Shown: positions 1 through 14,283 of the stretch, one piece after another | Layout of the letters: each line of letters begins with the position of its first letter | Position numbering within the stretch: position 1 is the stretch's first letter | Origin: Octopus vulgaris | Lineage: Eukaryota | Reading direction: 5' to 3' | Assembly: GCA_951406725.2 (NCBI GenBank) | Contig: OX597827.1 | Coordinates: 20,212,001 to 20,276,000, forward strand | Length of the DNA: 64,000 bases | Position numbers and translations under genes: made by a program | Notes under the pieces: generated by a model | Database searches by the model: none | Told to the model about the DNA's origin: nothing | The model's input: the letters and a program-made list of their open reading frames with translations, nothing else

Positions 1-1799
1 GAGTATATGAGTGAAATGTAGACTGTAGAACCACATAACAGGTTACTCCTCTGCCGAATAAAGGTGATTCATTAAGTTCTCTTCTTTAATGTTGAACATG
101 GCTGGTTTTCTTTCTGGCTATGGTTGCCACACAGAAAATCAGTTGTTTCTCAGAGGCATCAAAAATGGATGCAAAACAGTCTCTTCATGATTGTTCCAAT
201 TAAGCAAGAATGAAGAGAAAAACAAGTTTTTAAGAAAAATTTCTATAAAATACTGATTGGAACGGTCAACAGTTGTTACTTTTGTAAAGTGGTCTCTGAG
301 ACTATTAGAGCCAGGCATTTTATGCTAAAGATTAAAATCTCTTAATAATTTCAGTTGCAAAGTGGGAATAGTCTTTGATCAGATATACCATCAAATTATT
401 GGAGGAAAGTAAATAGGGAGATTAAAAAATGAAGAAATTGTTGAAATGTTTTACTAGTGACTTGTCTTATCTACATTTGTTAATTAACTGGAGAAAATAA
501 TTATCTTAAACTTTACATCTCATGCTATAAGTACGTATAAGATTAAGATCAAAAAGTAATTCCCTGAATATTTTTTTCTCAGTAAAAGTGATTAGCTAAG
601 ATAGTTATGAATAATCTAAAGGTAATTTTGAATAAAGGTATTTGTAAGAAATACGAAAAAGGGAAAAGAATTACAAGTCCCAAGTCCATCCATCATCTAT
701 TCTTCAACTTGCAGCAGATTGTTTCATAGAAACTCCCACTCCTGTCTTATGTTACCTGTCATTTCTTTGAATTTCTAATTGGCCAATAGATCTTTCAGCT
801 TCTATACTTCTTCAGATTGTCTTGTGTCTAAAAGAAAAGGATTTGTTGTTTATGAAATTACTTGGGTGGGTGGCATATCTGGTAATCTCTTCTCTCAGAC
901 ATTTTCTGCTGCAAACCTGGGAAAGTTCCTGTTAAGGGCTACTTTTTAATGTGAGAGATTCATTAAGGATCATGAGTCTTGCATTATAAGCTGTGCTTAT
1001 TTTATTGATTAATATTAAGGGAGCCACCAATACTAAAATTTTTGCTCCAAATAACAAATTTGGGAAATGCATTGCATATGTTAAATTCAGGTTAGAAATT
1101 TACATTATTAAAAATATATATCTGTTCTATTAATAGAATTGTGGCTTCAATGAAGTAACTGAAGTTGCATGAAGTGGATTTAATTTTGCAATTATTATAG
1201 AATTGGTGAAGAAGTTTGAATAAATGTTGAAATTGTTACAGAGTTAGAATAATTAAAATAATCTACATACTTACACACAGCACATAACTAATTAACAAAT
1301 GAGTATATGGCTCAATTATAATGATAGTAGCAGAGAATTGCTAATGGGATGACTATTGTATATGACCTGTTTAAGCAATGGATGATAGTCATTAAGTGAA
1401 TCCTAAAGGAGTTGAGGTGTGGTCACCCATGGGAACTTTTGTGTACTGTTGCTGTTGAGTGAAGGGCAATACAATTTGGCAATGAATTTAAATTAAAAGA
1501 AGCTGGTATGAACTTAAATATAATGAGTGGTTCAATGGACTACTCAGATGGATTGCCAGAGAGCCACTCCACAGTTCCACTCTTTCTTGCAGATAAGTAT
1601 GCTACTGCTTCTAGTTTCTCTATTTTTGAAGCCACCCCCAATAACCTCTGTTCCTAAGAGCTGACCGTTTCCACACCATCTTCACTCAGGGACTCTAAAA
1701 CCTAACTTATCTTTCCTCCTCCTCCCCATCATTCACAATGTTCCAAGCATCCTCCTCCCCTTCTCAGTATATCCCATCCTTCACCTTGGGACATTCACT

Positions 1800-2215
1800 C
1801 TCTGGAATTCCCTCCACCTGGCACCAACAGGAGTGCTTCTTATGTAGCACTGGCACAGGACTCTTGCAGGCCAATCCTCTTCACCAGGTTGAGTGGCCTC
1901 TTCACTTCTGCTGTGGATCATAGGTCTTCTTGAGTACAGCAAGACGCCAGGCATCTCAGTCCAGAGACATCATCATCATTTTAATGTCTGTTTTCCATGC
2001 TGACATGGGTTGGATGGTTTGACTGAGGACTGGTAAGCCAGTAGGCTGCACCAGGCTCCAGTCTGATCTGGTAAGGTTTCTACAGCTGGATGCCCTTTCC
2101 TAACGCCAACCACTCTTGAGAGTGTAGTGGGTGCTTTTTACATGTCACCAGCACAAGAGCCAGTCAGGCAGCACTGGTGTCTTCCACATTTGGATGGTGC
2201 ATTTTACATACCAAT
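1800..2215 (-). mobile_element. RTE LINE 3'UTR fragments with (GAT)n tail
   Basis: catcatcatcattttaatgtctgttttccatgc...gctggatgccct..cctaacgccaaccact..gtagtgggtgctttttac from 1968. An adjacent degenerate piece at 1800-1965 is related to 21480-21600. Confidence 0.75.
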
Positions 2216-4457
2216 GTGGTATCATAACTTCACTCTGGGTGTGGGTGTGTGTGAATGAATATTTATCTCTTCATCTCTGAATTCCATAAAATGTAAATTT
2301 TCAATCTTTTTAAAATCTATTGGTTGGGGCTGGTAGTGGCAGCAGCAATGTGTTTGTGGAGAGAAATAGGGTTGTACATTGGACATTTACTGTTTGCAAT
2401 GGTGTTTGTTTGTCTTCTTTTTTTTTTATAACATATTGAAAATATATAATCAAAAACATAATTTAGTTTCAGATTGTAATTAAATGAAATTATTACTCTT
2501 TCCACTAGTTTGGTGATACTTAACTCTTCTGAAAATAATCCAAAATAAAGGATAAACAAGCTCAGTCTAAACAGTAAAGGATTAATTTAGCTTATCATCT
2601 TGCTAATCTTTTCTCTTTAAGATTTTCCTTGTTCATCCAAACATTGTATTTTTCTTTAAATCATTTTAGTGTATAATGCTCTGTATTTAGTATTTCTTTA
2701 TATTGTTGCCTGGTTTTCATTATCTTTGATTAGGAGACTAAATTAGTGCTATATTAATTTATGTTCTAATTGAATATCTTAGTCAATTGCATTAAAATGT
2801 TTGCAACTTTTGTTTTCTGAAAAATTTGTGTTTATTTCCTAATTTTTTTCTTATTAAATCCAGAATAGTCATTTGGTAGTGTTTAGTTTTATATCTTTGA
2901 GTTATATACAAAGAAACCTCTTTTTAAATTGTGTTCTTTGTTTAATGTGTAAAGGTTTGTCTTTGCTGGTATTTTGAGAAATTCCCTAGTACTATTTGTC
3001 AGTAAATAAATGACATGAATGCCTTTTCCTGTTAGTGGCAGAGACATATTTTGTGGCTTTGTAAATTTTATTTCACTATTCAAACCTTACTGTTTGTTTT
3101 TTATTGAACCAGTGGAGACTGGAAATAAGTTTTTTCTTTTTATAGAGGTTTTGATTGTTCTCTGTGTGAATGTTGCAATCCAGTATCATGATAGAGAAAA
3201 AAGCATTTTGGCTAAAAAAACTTTTGCCATAAAATACATAACACATAAACTGTTCAGTACAACTTGTCATACTTGATGTGGTGAACTGGCATGATCAGTT
3301 GAAGTTCAATCCTTTGTGAGAAAAGATATCATTAGCATGAATTATGCAGAGAGCAGTATGAATGTTTGGTAGCTTTGGTGACTACATCAGACTTATTTCA
3401 GTGTTATCAAACCTCCTCAGCTACTTAGAGTTCAAAGCAAGTGATATATTGTTTTGTGTGAAGAATTCAGGGAAAAGTCGAATGAGATTGGATTTTCCCA
3501 TATTGTCATGTACAGGCTATCTTAGGGTGGTGAGCCAAAAATTTAATAATAATAAAAACATCATAACTATGAGAAAAGTCATTAGCTTGTTTTTTGTAAA
3601 ATGAGCAAGGGAGAGAAATCATAACATTTCAGTATATCACTATTATTGTAGCCTGCACTTAACTATATATTCTTCATACAGAAGGCACCTTTTCTGTTAT
3701 AAAGTTTGTCCTGATTATTACTGTAAAAAAAAAAACAAATAAATTATTAGTTATTCCTATTTAAGCTATTGTTATCAATAATATAGAATTTTCACTAAAT
3801 ATTCCCTTTAAAAAAAAATTTGGAAAGGAATAACAACTGTGAGAACTTTAGCATTGATCTTTTCCCTGTTTACCATTTCTATTGACATTCTTAATTTTTT
3901 CGCCTGAGGTTTTGAGATGACCAAGTGGGTTACCGATAACTTACATGAATTTTATGTATTTCTAAATTGGTTAAGTACCAGTAAATTCAAACTGGTCAGT
4001 GAAGCAACCAAGTTAAATATAAGAGTTGGTGGCTGACATTCTTTGCTCAATATCAAATGTTTTACCATTTAATTAGGGAATTTTACGGATTTCTCCCTTG
4101 CATATGTTATATTATTATGGGTTCAGAGTCAAACTATTTTTATAGCTTTAATCCATTCTCCAAGATATTTTTCACTTGTAGCAAATTTTTAGGTTTTTCA
4201 TTTGTTTTTGCCAACAATGGTGTCCTTATTTCAAAATAACTTACATATTTTCTTTCAGAGGACAAGAGATTATTTTGTTGCTTAATTTAATAGTTTCCAG
4301 AAAAAAGTTATTTTGTGACCTGGTACAGATTTTTCCCTTTTAGTTTACATATTCTGTATCATTTCGTATTTTATGGAACACACCGGATTCTTTTTTTTCA
4401 CCCCACATTTAATCACTTTTCAAGATGTTAATCTTTTTTGTGGATATATATATATAT

Positions 4458-4718
4458 CATCATCATCATCATCATTTAGCGTCCGCTTTCCATGCTAGCA
4501 TGGGTTGGACGGTTTAACTGGGATCTGTGAAGCCAGAAGGCTGCATCAGGCCTAGTCTGATCTGGCAGTGTTTCTATGGCTGGATGCCCTTCCTAACGCC
4601 AACCACTCCATGATTGTAGTGGGTGCTTTTTATGTGCCACCCACACAGGTGCCAGATGGAGCTGGCAAACGGCCACGGACGGATGGTGCTTTTTTACGTG
4701 CCACCGGCACGGCGGCCA
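4458..4718 (-). mobile_element. RTE LINE 3'UTR fragment with (GAT)n tail, inserted in (TA)n
   Basis: Near-identical to the copy at 53250-53492 and flanked by (TA)n on both sides. Confidence 0.8.
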
Positions 4719-5144
4719 GATATATATATATCCTTCAACTGGGAAATTACATTTGCTCATAAAGCTATTATTTTTATAATATAATCAGTGAATGTGCTGC
4801 TGCCTTTTATTTCCAATAACTTTAGCTTTAAAGAAAAAAAAAAAAAGCTCTTTTGTGACCATGAGCTCCACTGTTGCTTGAATTGAATTTAGAAGAATTT
4901 AGTCCAATAACTACCCATGCATTTATTCCTATCTCAAGCTGTTGTAGTTATATGAACATGTTCTTAACTATAAAATTATGAAAGAGAGTCTTAATGTCTG
5001 TCTGTCTTATCCTATTCTGTGTATGAACCCTTTTTTTTAAAAGACACAATCTTGTATCAAAGGATCACACCAGTCTCAGATTGGTTGATGTTCTTTTGTT
5101 TCTCTGTTATTCTTCTGGTCTTATACTAATGCCAGGCATTGGAT

Positions 5145-5460
5145 TGTGTCCACGCTGGAGCACTGCCTTGAAGGGTTTAATCATTTAAATTGACCCGAGT
5201 ACTTTGTTTGATATTTTATTGGCCTCTTTTTACTGAACAGCTAAGTAATAGGAGCATAAACAAACCAACACCGGTTCTGAACCAGGGAGAAACAAATGCA
5301 TGCTCACACACATCTCTATACCACAAGTTGCATACAATTTCTGTCCACCAAATCTACACGAAAAGGCATTGGTCAATTTAGTGTTGTAATAGAAGACTTT
5401 TGCCTAAGGTGCTGCATTGTGGGACAGAATTTATAACTGCATTGGTTCTTGCACCTTCTA
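5145..5460 (-). mobile_element. Degenerate tRNA-derived SINE (family A)
   Basis: gctggagcactgcc...aaggcattggtc...agaagacttttgcctaaggtg matches the copy at 19423-19826. Confidence 0.65.
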
Positions 5461-6999
5461 CAGTCATAGCTGCTAATTGGGATATGTTGAGACTTCAAAA
5501 ATATCGCCAATTTATTCCAATAATCTGGCTTTAAAATTATCTACATGAGTATCCCCTCTCGCTGTCTTTTTTCTTCTTTTTCTTTTTCACTTGTTATAGA
5601 TTCCTAGCTTAAACAAATATCCTATTCTTCAAACTATTGATGGTGATTCAATGATTGTTAACATGACTAATGTTTAAAACAGCCAATGAACATTTAGTTT
5701 ACTAAATCCTTCAGCTAACAGCCTTCTCATTGGCTGAAATATTTTACTCTTTCACTTGTGTTCTCAACCATCATTATTCATTCACAGAAACAACTTTGTT
5801 AAATTAAAACTAAAACTTAATGAATGGTTATGGAATTTTTGCATTTTCTTCTGCTTGTTACCAACCTTTCCAAAATATCTCCTCTGTTAGGCTTTAACGT
5901 TCATTGAATAATAACTGTAATGGAGGGAACTTGGATACTTGCATGACTTTAGTGTAGAATTACTAAATATTTCTTGTGTAATTATGTCTAATTTTTACAC
6001 AGATGCTAAGTATTATGGCAGGTTTTTTTTTTTACATTTGTTCCTTGTGAAAGTTTTAATATGTAGTAGGCTGTTATATATTAATTGCGGGCATAGAGCA
6101 TTCAGATAAATATGAAACAAGCTGCAATCCAAAGCTAAATGTTCTTCTCTGCCAAGCAGCCTCTGAGAAATGTAATGAATCAGGCAGTTTTGAAACTGAT
6201 ATGAAGACTGCCTGTTGGTAGCCTTTTTACTTTCAGCTCTTAGTCATGAACTGATAAGTTTAGCTGAGCTGAACTATTTATAAATACCATTTTGTTCTAT
6301 CTTGTGTTTTAATCAGCTTTAAACTGATGCTGACCTTCTGAATACAGCTTAAAAAACTATTGTGGTCCTTACAGGCTTCAAGGCTGGCTCTACCTTTTTT
6401 TCCAACATCCCTTCAGCTGTTTGTTAGCCTATTATCAACTAAATATTATCTACTTCAGTTTTCTATTTCATCTGTTGATAACATAACGTTATCTGTATTT
6501 GCTGCTAATTTAAAGCAGTATATCTGTTTGTGTGTGTGTGTGAGAGATTATTTGTTTATAGTTATAAATATTATTTAGTATAGAATGTTTGCCTAATTTA
6601 ATTCAGCATGTAGGAATTGAAATTAAAAAAAAATTTTTTTTACAATAATTGAACATATAGAGGAAGGAAGAATTTTTTCAAGCGTTCATTAAAGGTATTG
6701 GAATTACACCAGTCACAAGCTAACCGGTGTTGTTAATTTATTCCCGGCTTATATTGGATTGAAGCTAATTAATTTGAGCTACTTAAAAAAATTATTTTTA
6801 TGTTGCAGAATTTGAAAAAAATATAGAAAAGATACTTTGAGGTGACAAAATGTTTTTTTCTAAAAGTTCTCATTTGTTCTTCAGTTAAAAACCAGGTGAT
6901 ATATATTGTGTGTGTATTTGCATGTGTTTACGTGTGTGTGTGTTGTTTATACTCTTGTTTCAGCTTAAGAGCTGTGGTCATGCTGAGGTGCTGCCATTA

Positions 7000-7590
7000 G
7001 TTTTGCTATAATTTCATTACTTCAGCCTGTCTCTGATGTGTGGCATTTGATGAATGAGGGAGTTTGATATTGCAGCCCTCATATTTCTTGTCATGAGGTT
7101 GGTTCATCCAGAACTCTTGAAAAGAGGCGATTCAATTTTGTTTTGCAGATACCTACATCCGTCACATACAGGTCTCTCAAGCTTTGTGAGAGGATATTGA
7201 AGAGCAATGGGACCATGAAATCTAAGCTATTGTGGTGTCAGGTCCTGTATCTTGATGGTAATGTTGGGATCTTTGGTGCTATGCAGTGACACCCCATTCT
7301 GGTGTTTGTCTAACTTTCAATGCCAAAGTTCGGTACCAATCCTTCTTGGATTTTCCAGATGTATATCACTGCGTATCTTTCCTGCCTTCATCCCAGAGAG
7401 TAGGGTCTTAACATTTTCATCCTTCCCCTAGTATCTGACCTGTTGCTTTGAGATCTTAGTATAGCTTTGCTGGATTGTTTTGAGTTCCACTGTTATTTTA
7501 ACCCTATGTGGTGACCATAGCTGGGAGCAGAAGTCTAAGCAGCTGAGGACAAATGTGCTCCAGAGGACCATCATAGTTTCTTGTTCTCTC
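7000..7590 (-). mobile_element. 3' fragment of a CR1/L2-type LINE ORF2 (decayed)
   Basis: Minus-strand translation REQETMMVLWSTFVLSCLDFCSQLWSPH..ELKTIQQSYTK resembles the LEYCSPVWSP motif. Related to 62870-63480. Confidence 0.7.
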
Positions 7591-10500
7591 TTCCATGTAT
7601 TGAGTCCTCCTTAAACCAGTCAAAATCTGAGTTAAATAGATAATTACCACTTCTGACATCCATCACCATCTTTTGAGTACCAGTGTTGCTAAGGTGTATG
7701 TTCAATGTTTATTTGGTCAGCTCACATTCTCCAAATCATGGCAGAGTGATCATGAATATTGAGACCATCAATGGCATAACTTTAGCTGTCCCTTGTTATG
7801 AAATATTGTGGCAGTTGTTCTGAGATAGTTCTGAATACCTCACAAATAGTCCTATCATAATATGGTTGTCGACAAATGATACAATAATGGGAGAGTGAGA
7901 AAAATAAGGAGTTAAGGCAGGTGACATATCACCAGTATACATCGTATCATTTACTTTTAAACCCCTCTCAGAAATGTACCATTCCTTTCTAGCCCCTCCT
8001 CCACACCTAATTAACCCTTAATTTGTTTACTATATGAATTTATTCTCTCCTTGCTCTCTCTACTACTCTCTGTATTCAGCCTGTTACTTCTGGATTAGAC
8101 TTAGTCCTTCTTTCTCACTTTCATTCATCTCTCATAAACACTAGGTTTATTAACTGTGAAAGGCTCCTTGTTTCCCAAGTATATAATGAGTTGTTATGGT
8201 AGACATTACTTCAGAATACCCAAGCTTTTAAGAATTAAGTCTGTATTTGGTCATGAATTAAGAAACATTTGTCAGTGTTGTGCTAGTGGACAATACGTTC
8301 ATTTAAAATTTAGTGGTGGTTGGGTTAGTAGATCTGTGAGTGTTGAAAGATAGTGTACCGACTCTCAGTGAATTATTACAAAGAAATTGTAGTTGAATAG
8401 GGATAACTTTATTGTGCTTACACGAGACTGCTATTTTTATTGGACAATGTTTTACCAGTAGTCTTAATTTCAAAATGTCTGGATCCATTCTGGTTCTGTT
8501 GTACCTTTAGTATTGGCCATTAGGACAGTCCTTCTTGTAGACATCATAGCAGATAGTTTTAGCGACAGGGCTCTGTCTTATGAGAAGGTTGTCTCTGGCA
8601 GACATTTTTGGACAGCTGCTGCTGATCTGTGTGATATCTTCCACACATTTTGTATCACAACATGGAGGGTTAGAAGCATCCTTATCATGTTGATCAGATA
8701 TTTTAGTAGCTTGTCTTCTGTTCCTCGGTAGTAAATGTATAGCCTCCTAGGTGAGATGTGATGTCTATCACAGCTCCAGAAGAGGCTGCTATTCTTGTCA
8801 ATGTTGTTGGCATTCTGTAGCTTGTAAGATATGTATTTATGCACAGCTACCCATGGTTCATGTGGAACAGCTGTATACTCAGAGCACCTATTCTGGAGCC
8901 CTTTACCTAATCTGATGGTGTTGAGTGTACTTCATTAACTCATTTCTCTCTTTGCTGTTTGGTAAATTTTAAGTGATATGATGCAGGACTCAAATATATA
9001 TGTATTTATACATAGATGTATACGTGTGTGTGTGTGTGTGTGTGTAAAATTTCATGTCTGTTTTTTTTTTTTTTTTTTCCCCCCATTCTTGTCTGGGTTG
9101 GACTTTAGTGGTGAGGGTGTTATCTACATCATTGCCTGACTAGTAGGTACATTAGTCTTAACATATTTGACTTGTATGGCTCTAGGAGTGACTTCAACTA
9201 TTAAGTGTGAATAGTGGGGAAACTACACCTAATTACTGACAGTAGAGTCTTAATAACAGTTTTTAAAATGTCTCACAAAACAATCTTCTTTGAACCTTTC
9301 TAAAAAACCTGCCAAACATATTTTTGCCTCTTGAAAATAAAGACTTAGACGAGAAACTTTCGGCAATTTAAAAGTTAAGTGGTAATTAGCTTTTAGTTGA
9401 TAACACACAAAATAAGCAAATTCATCTTATTAAAAATACTCATTTCATGGTCCTTGTTGTATAGATGTCTTTTCATCTTTTTCCTTTTTCTGGTTAAGCT
9501 TAGTAAAACTATTGTTTTTCATTTATGAAATTTTTATTTCAATAAATTTACCAATGTCGTCAAATTATGAAATTCCGCAGTTTTACGATGGAGTAGATGT
9601 CTAACTGAAGCTAAAGTGAGCTATCACTCCCTTTCTTCAGCCTTGTGTACTATAGTCATTTGAACTTGGGGAATATATCAGTCGGTAGACCAATGTATTA
9701 CCTACTCAGCCATAGGGATTCAGGCAAATGGTTACATGCTATGGACATAGCTCTTTCTTTCCTTTGTGGTTTATCTGTTTTTAATCCTATGGTATTTTTG
9801 TTAGCACAATTATTGTCACGTCTGGATTTGTTATAAACCATCATCCATATCAATTTGTTTTAACTCCTACAACTGAGACACCCATTATTTGGTATCTAAA
9901 CCTGTTTTAGGATGACCAAAGTTGCCAAATATTCTTGACTATAGTAAATAGTGGTAGTGATGAGTTGAACTGGATGTCCACTTTGACAGTGCAGCAGAGA
10001 TGGAGTGTTGAAGTTATTGATAAGGGAATTTCTTACCTTTTAAGAAATTGGTTAATTTTAATAGCTGTATTTGTTGCACATTTAGAGGCTCATGCACCTG
10101 TCCATTGATATTTAATGGGCACAGCATTTAGAAGTTTGTTACACAATTACCAAGTCCTTGCTTTGATCCTACTGCATAGCATCTTGGGCAAGTGCTTTTT
10201 ATTATTGCCATGGGTCAATCCAAGCGCTGTGAGTGAAAATGGAGAGAAGGAAACTGTGGAAGCCCATTGGATAGACTGTACCAGTAATTCAAATTTTGTA
10301 TCCTGTTGAGCCAGGGTACATATATCTGGAATACTTAGAAGCTCATTCAATTGATCAAACAACTAAATCCTCACACACACACACATACTGTATGTACCTA
10401 CATTGAGAACCTCAATAGTCCTAGATACCCAGGTGATAATATGTACCTTGTAAGTAACATTGTGTTATATTTATCACAAACACAATTCTCAAATTGCTCA

Positions 10501-11069
10501 CCCTAGTTAGATGTGCTACAGAGTTGCATATTTCAAGTACTGTCGGTTGCCGTGAGGAATTTTAGCTTCTCCTCTGGATCTATTAAGAAAAGCTGTCAAC
10601 TTGGTTTATAGGAAGTTCACATGTGTGTAATTTTATGTTTTGTTCTCAGTAAATGAATTAATTTATTATTGTTATTATCATTATTATTAATCTCTTTACA
10701 TTTGATTGTTCTCTATAGTAATAGAAACCCCAGCTACTTCTATTGTTGACTGATATACAACTGGGAGTTGGCTGGCTTTCATATTTTGATAACTTTATTT
10801 TATTTCTTCAGAGCCACTCCTCTTAGGTTTAACTCATTTCCCCACCCAGATTTCTGGTTTACACTGAACATAGCTGTAAATGCTAGCACCAAATTATGAA
10901 ATTAACTGGAAAATGTAATAATAAGCTGAATGTTTGAAACATTAATAAAAGCTAAGAAATGAAAAGGAAACAAATAGGGTTCTAAATTGATTTACATATC
11001 AAGTATTTTCTGAGTGGAATGTTAAGTTGCTCTATGTAGTAGTAGTAGTAGTAGTTGCAGTGGTAATAT

Positions 11070-11205
11070 TTTCTACTGTAGGCACAAGGCCTGAAATTGT
11101 AGGGTATGAAGCTAGTTGATTACATTTCTCCCAAGTGGTTGACTGGTACTTAGGACCCTGAAAGGATGAAAGGTAAAGTTGACTTCAGTGGAATTTGAAC
11201 TTGGG
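11070..11205 (-). mobile_element. SINE family C fragment
   Basis: ttctactgtaggcacaaggcctgaaatt...gaccctgaaaggatgaaaggtaaagttgac...gaatttgaact, the reverse complement of the 34127 copy. Confidence 0.7.
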
Positions 11206-11239
11206 CCTCGCAGATAGGATCAAACAGGGGATCAAAACT

Positions 11240-11520
11240 CCTGGTTGTTTGCTGTGCTTGAAAAGACATGTCAAACTAAGTAAAATTGTGGTTGTCCTTG
11301 CATTCCTCTCCAGCCGAGCGTTCCTAATCTTGCAGGCTTTTGGGTGCTGGTGCTATGTAAAAAGCAGCTGTACCAGTGCCATGTAAATGCACCTGTGCTG
11401 GTGCTGTGTAGAATCACCTAGTACACTCTAAAGTGGTTGGTGTTGGGAAGGGCATCCATGCCCGAACAGATCTGGAGCCTGGTCAGCTCCTGTCAAACTC
11501 TCCAACTTACACCAGCATGC
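11240..11520 (+). mobile_element. Degenerate RTE 3' end / 3'UTR fragment
   Basis: gctgtgcttgaaaagac...gtggttggtgttgggaagggcatcc...ccagcatg. Confidence 0.6.
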
Positions 11521-11570
11521 TAGATGTGATCATATGTGTACAGGAAATATTTACTGGATATCAATATAGT

Positions 11571-11730
11571 GCAGGCGCATGGTCTAGTGGGTTCGATTCC
11601 CAAACCGGGTAAAACATTTCATTTCAAGGTGCTCCAGTGCTGTGTGGACCACCCAAAGAATAGACCTTACATTTCCTCTGCATGTCGTAAAAGGCGACTA
11701 AAAGAGGTCTAGGTAGGATCTGCAATCCGA
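11571..11730 (+). mobile_element. Internally deleted tRNA-headed SINE (head related to 50030 copy) followed by a stem-loop motif
   Basis: ggcgcatggtctagtgg (A box) sits directly against gttcgattccc (B box), followed by atttcatttca..tgctccagt as in 50030-50150. Confidence 0.6.
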
Positions 11731-13127
11731 CCTCATAAAACTCACACCAGCAATGACTACTTCAAACAGGCCCATAGGTTTGAGAGTGGTTGCCTGAAGG
11801 GGGAAAAGTTATTATTCACCAGGAGTAGCAGGTTATCACTAACAAATGATAGATGTAGCAACACACTGTTACAGCACATTATTTTTTTTTTGTTTCTTCT
11901 GTACATTTATAGAAAGAATTTGTTTCTCTTGACATGATACTAAAATTTAGTCAACTCTTGTGCATTTCATTTAGTGTACTTACTTGTAGACTTCTTTCAC
12001 AGGCAGTTCTTTATATTTGGGAACACATTTGCTAAATGACGCATTCTATGAGAATACATGTCAACTGTGATATGTTGTTATGAGTTTGATTTAGTAAAGT
12101 CTATTTAAATGAATTAAAGATGGCTAAATATTTCCAGAAGTATTTTCTGTTGGTCATTTAATAGTTTTAAAATTAATAAACCAGTATTAAATGTTTCTTT
12201 AGAATCCCTGCTTAGTATCATTGACTTCCCAGTTGATAGGTTTTATGGTGCAGACTGCAGCATACATGCTGAGAGAAACTATGGACTGCAGTTTATACAA
12301 ACAACTACATAAGTTAGCAACAAACTGCTGTAGCAGAGAATACTGCTACTACTACTTGTAGTAGTAGTAGTAGTAGTAGTAGTAAGAAAATATGTAACAG
12401 AAAGGAAGTGGAAAGAATTTCTGCTTTACTCCAGTTTAAGATAACTTTTGAGCTCAGGTTGGTTAATAAAGTATCTGAGAGAATCAGGAATTGGGTGTTG
12501 TTTCTGGAGGAAGAGACAGGTGGCGTGTACACATACACATGTGCGCGTGCACTGTTTTATTATTATTTGCAAGTAATTATAAAACAAAACTGTACAGTAT
12601 TTCTGGAATGAGTTGTACTCGTGTTCCTAACTAGCCGGCCATTAGGACCATTATTAGTGACCGACAGAAGTAAGGTCATTTACTGACCTATTCAAAATTT
12701 TTTCTCATAGATTTGTTTGAAATGTGGAATTTAAAAGCAGCCCTCTCTACTTATTGTGACACATCTAGTTTCAATCTGTCATTAGAAATGTTTTACTCCT
12801 CCACCATTGCCATCAGCACCCTCTTGATATTTAATAGCATTCTGTCCCCCTCTTCCACTTTTCTGACATATAGCAGTGCCCTGGGTTTGCCCAACTCTTT
12901 CATTAATGTTACATTGTAGCAGGCACTGTTTGTTGTCTTACTCTATGGCTGGTCTATGTAATTTGAGAGATAGCTAACATACCATTCCTATTTTGCTCCT
13001 GTTTTAGTTATTCAGAAAATTAGAGCAGAGAAGGCGAAGAAATAAATGTTTTTACTCCCAACCCTTTTATTTTATTATTGTTTTTTATAAAGTCTGCTTT
13101 AGATTATTAAATTTCCTCTTTTAATTG

Positions 13128-13163
<36 letters not shown>

Positions 13164-13465
13164 TAAAAAGACGAATTTATTTTCTGGTACTTGCTGCGAT
13201 TGTTTCATTAGGAGTTTTTATTGTGACATATGCATACTTCAATTAGATTTATGCAATATGCTACATAACTCCTAACCCATCAGGGTACCAAATCCCCAAA
13301 TGATCAATACTTGTCGGTTAATCAACAGGTCCTGAACAACTAAAATTTCTAATATCAAAAATACCAGCATTTAAGAAATTTGAAGTGGGTGTGTCCTCAT
13401 TCTGGAAGGCTGGATATATATATATATATACACATATCTTATTATATATATTATTGCTATACAAT

Positions 13466-14185
13466 ATCATCATTTAATGTTTGTTTTACATGTTGATATG
13501 GGTTGGCTGGTTTAAATTGATCCAACAAGTTAGAGAATTGCATTGTGCTCCGTTGTTCATTTTGGCATGATTAATATGGCTTGATGCCCTTCCTAACCAT
13601 TTGCAAGGCTAAAGGGGACCCCTATAACTGAAGGAAAATTGTGTGTGTGTGTGAGAGAGAGATGGTTTTTGGCAAAGTGCTGAGAGCTGGTGAAGTATGA
13701 TGAGAGGAAACATTTAGAGTTGCTTACAGGTTAAGGGGAGGAAGAAGGCAAAGGGAAAGGATTAGTGCTAGTGGGAAAGAGAGAGATGGGTTGGTAAAGG
13801 GTATCCAGCGCTATCCCTCATAAGAGCAAGTATGGATGGAAGGTATGAGGGGGAAGGAAATGTGGGAGAGAAAATAGATGAGAGCAGCGAGGATTGAGAG
13901 GGTGGTTGGGTCTTGAGCAGCATTGTGCGTATCAACAAACATTTCTTTCATAAGATTCAGCACTCCAAGTCAGCCTTCACCACTGTGACCCATGTCTGGC
14001 ACTTCCTTATACACAAATTGTCTCCAGATGTACCACATGCTTATACCAGTGCATACATTTAACTTCTCTTGTATCCAGTTCTTGTGTCACATTTGTGCCT
14101 TGGCATTCATGTACAACCAACATTACACATCCATTGGAGCATGGTTGCTTCAATTCTTTCTAGCCTTTGCACAGAGCCTGCATCC
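13466..14185 (-). mobile_element. Old RTE remnant(s): 3'UTR at 13466-13600 and ORF C-terminal remnant at about 13920-14185
   Basis: catcatttaatgtttgttttacatg...gatgcccttcctaac. Minus-strand RLERIEATMLQWMCNV resembles the RTE C-terminal region. Confidence 0.55.
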
Positions 14186-14283
14186 AATTGATAAATGTAT
14201 ACACACTCACTAATTGTATATCCTCTCTCTAATTATATACCCATTTTTTTTCTTTACAGAGGTGGAGAGTTAATTAGTCAGAA

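Noticed and set aside
8156-8900. Cluster of 60-90 aa ORFs on both strands
   Set aside because: No recognisable domain; likely a decayed repeat.
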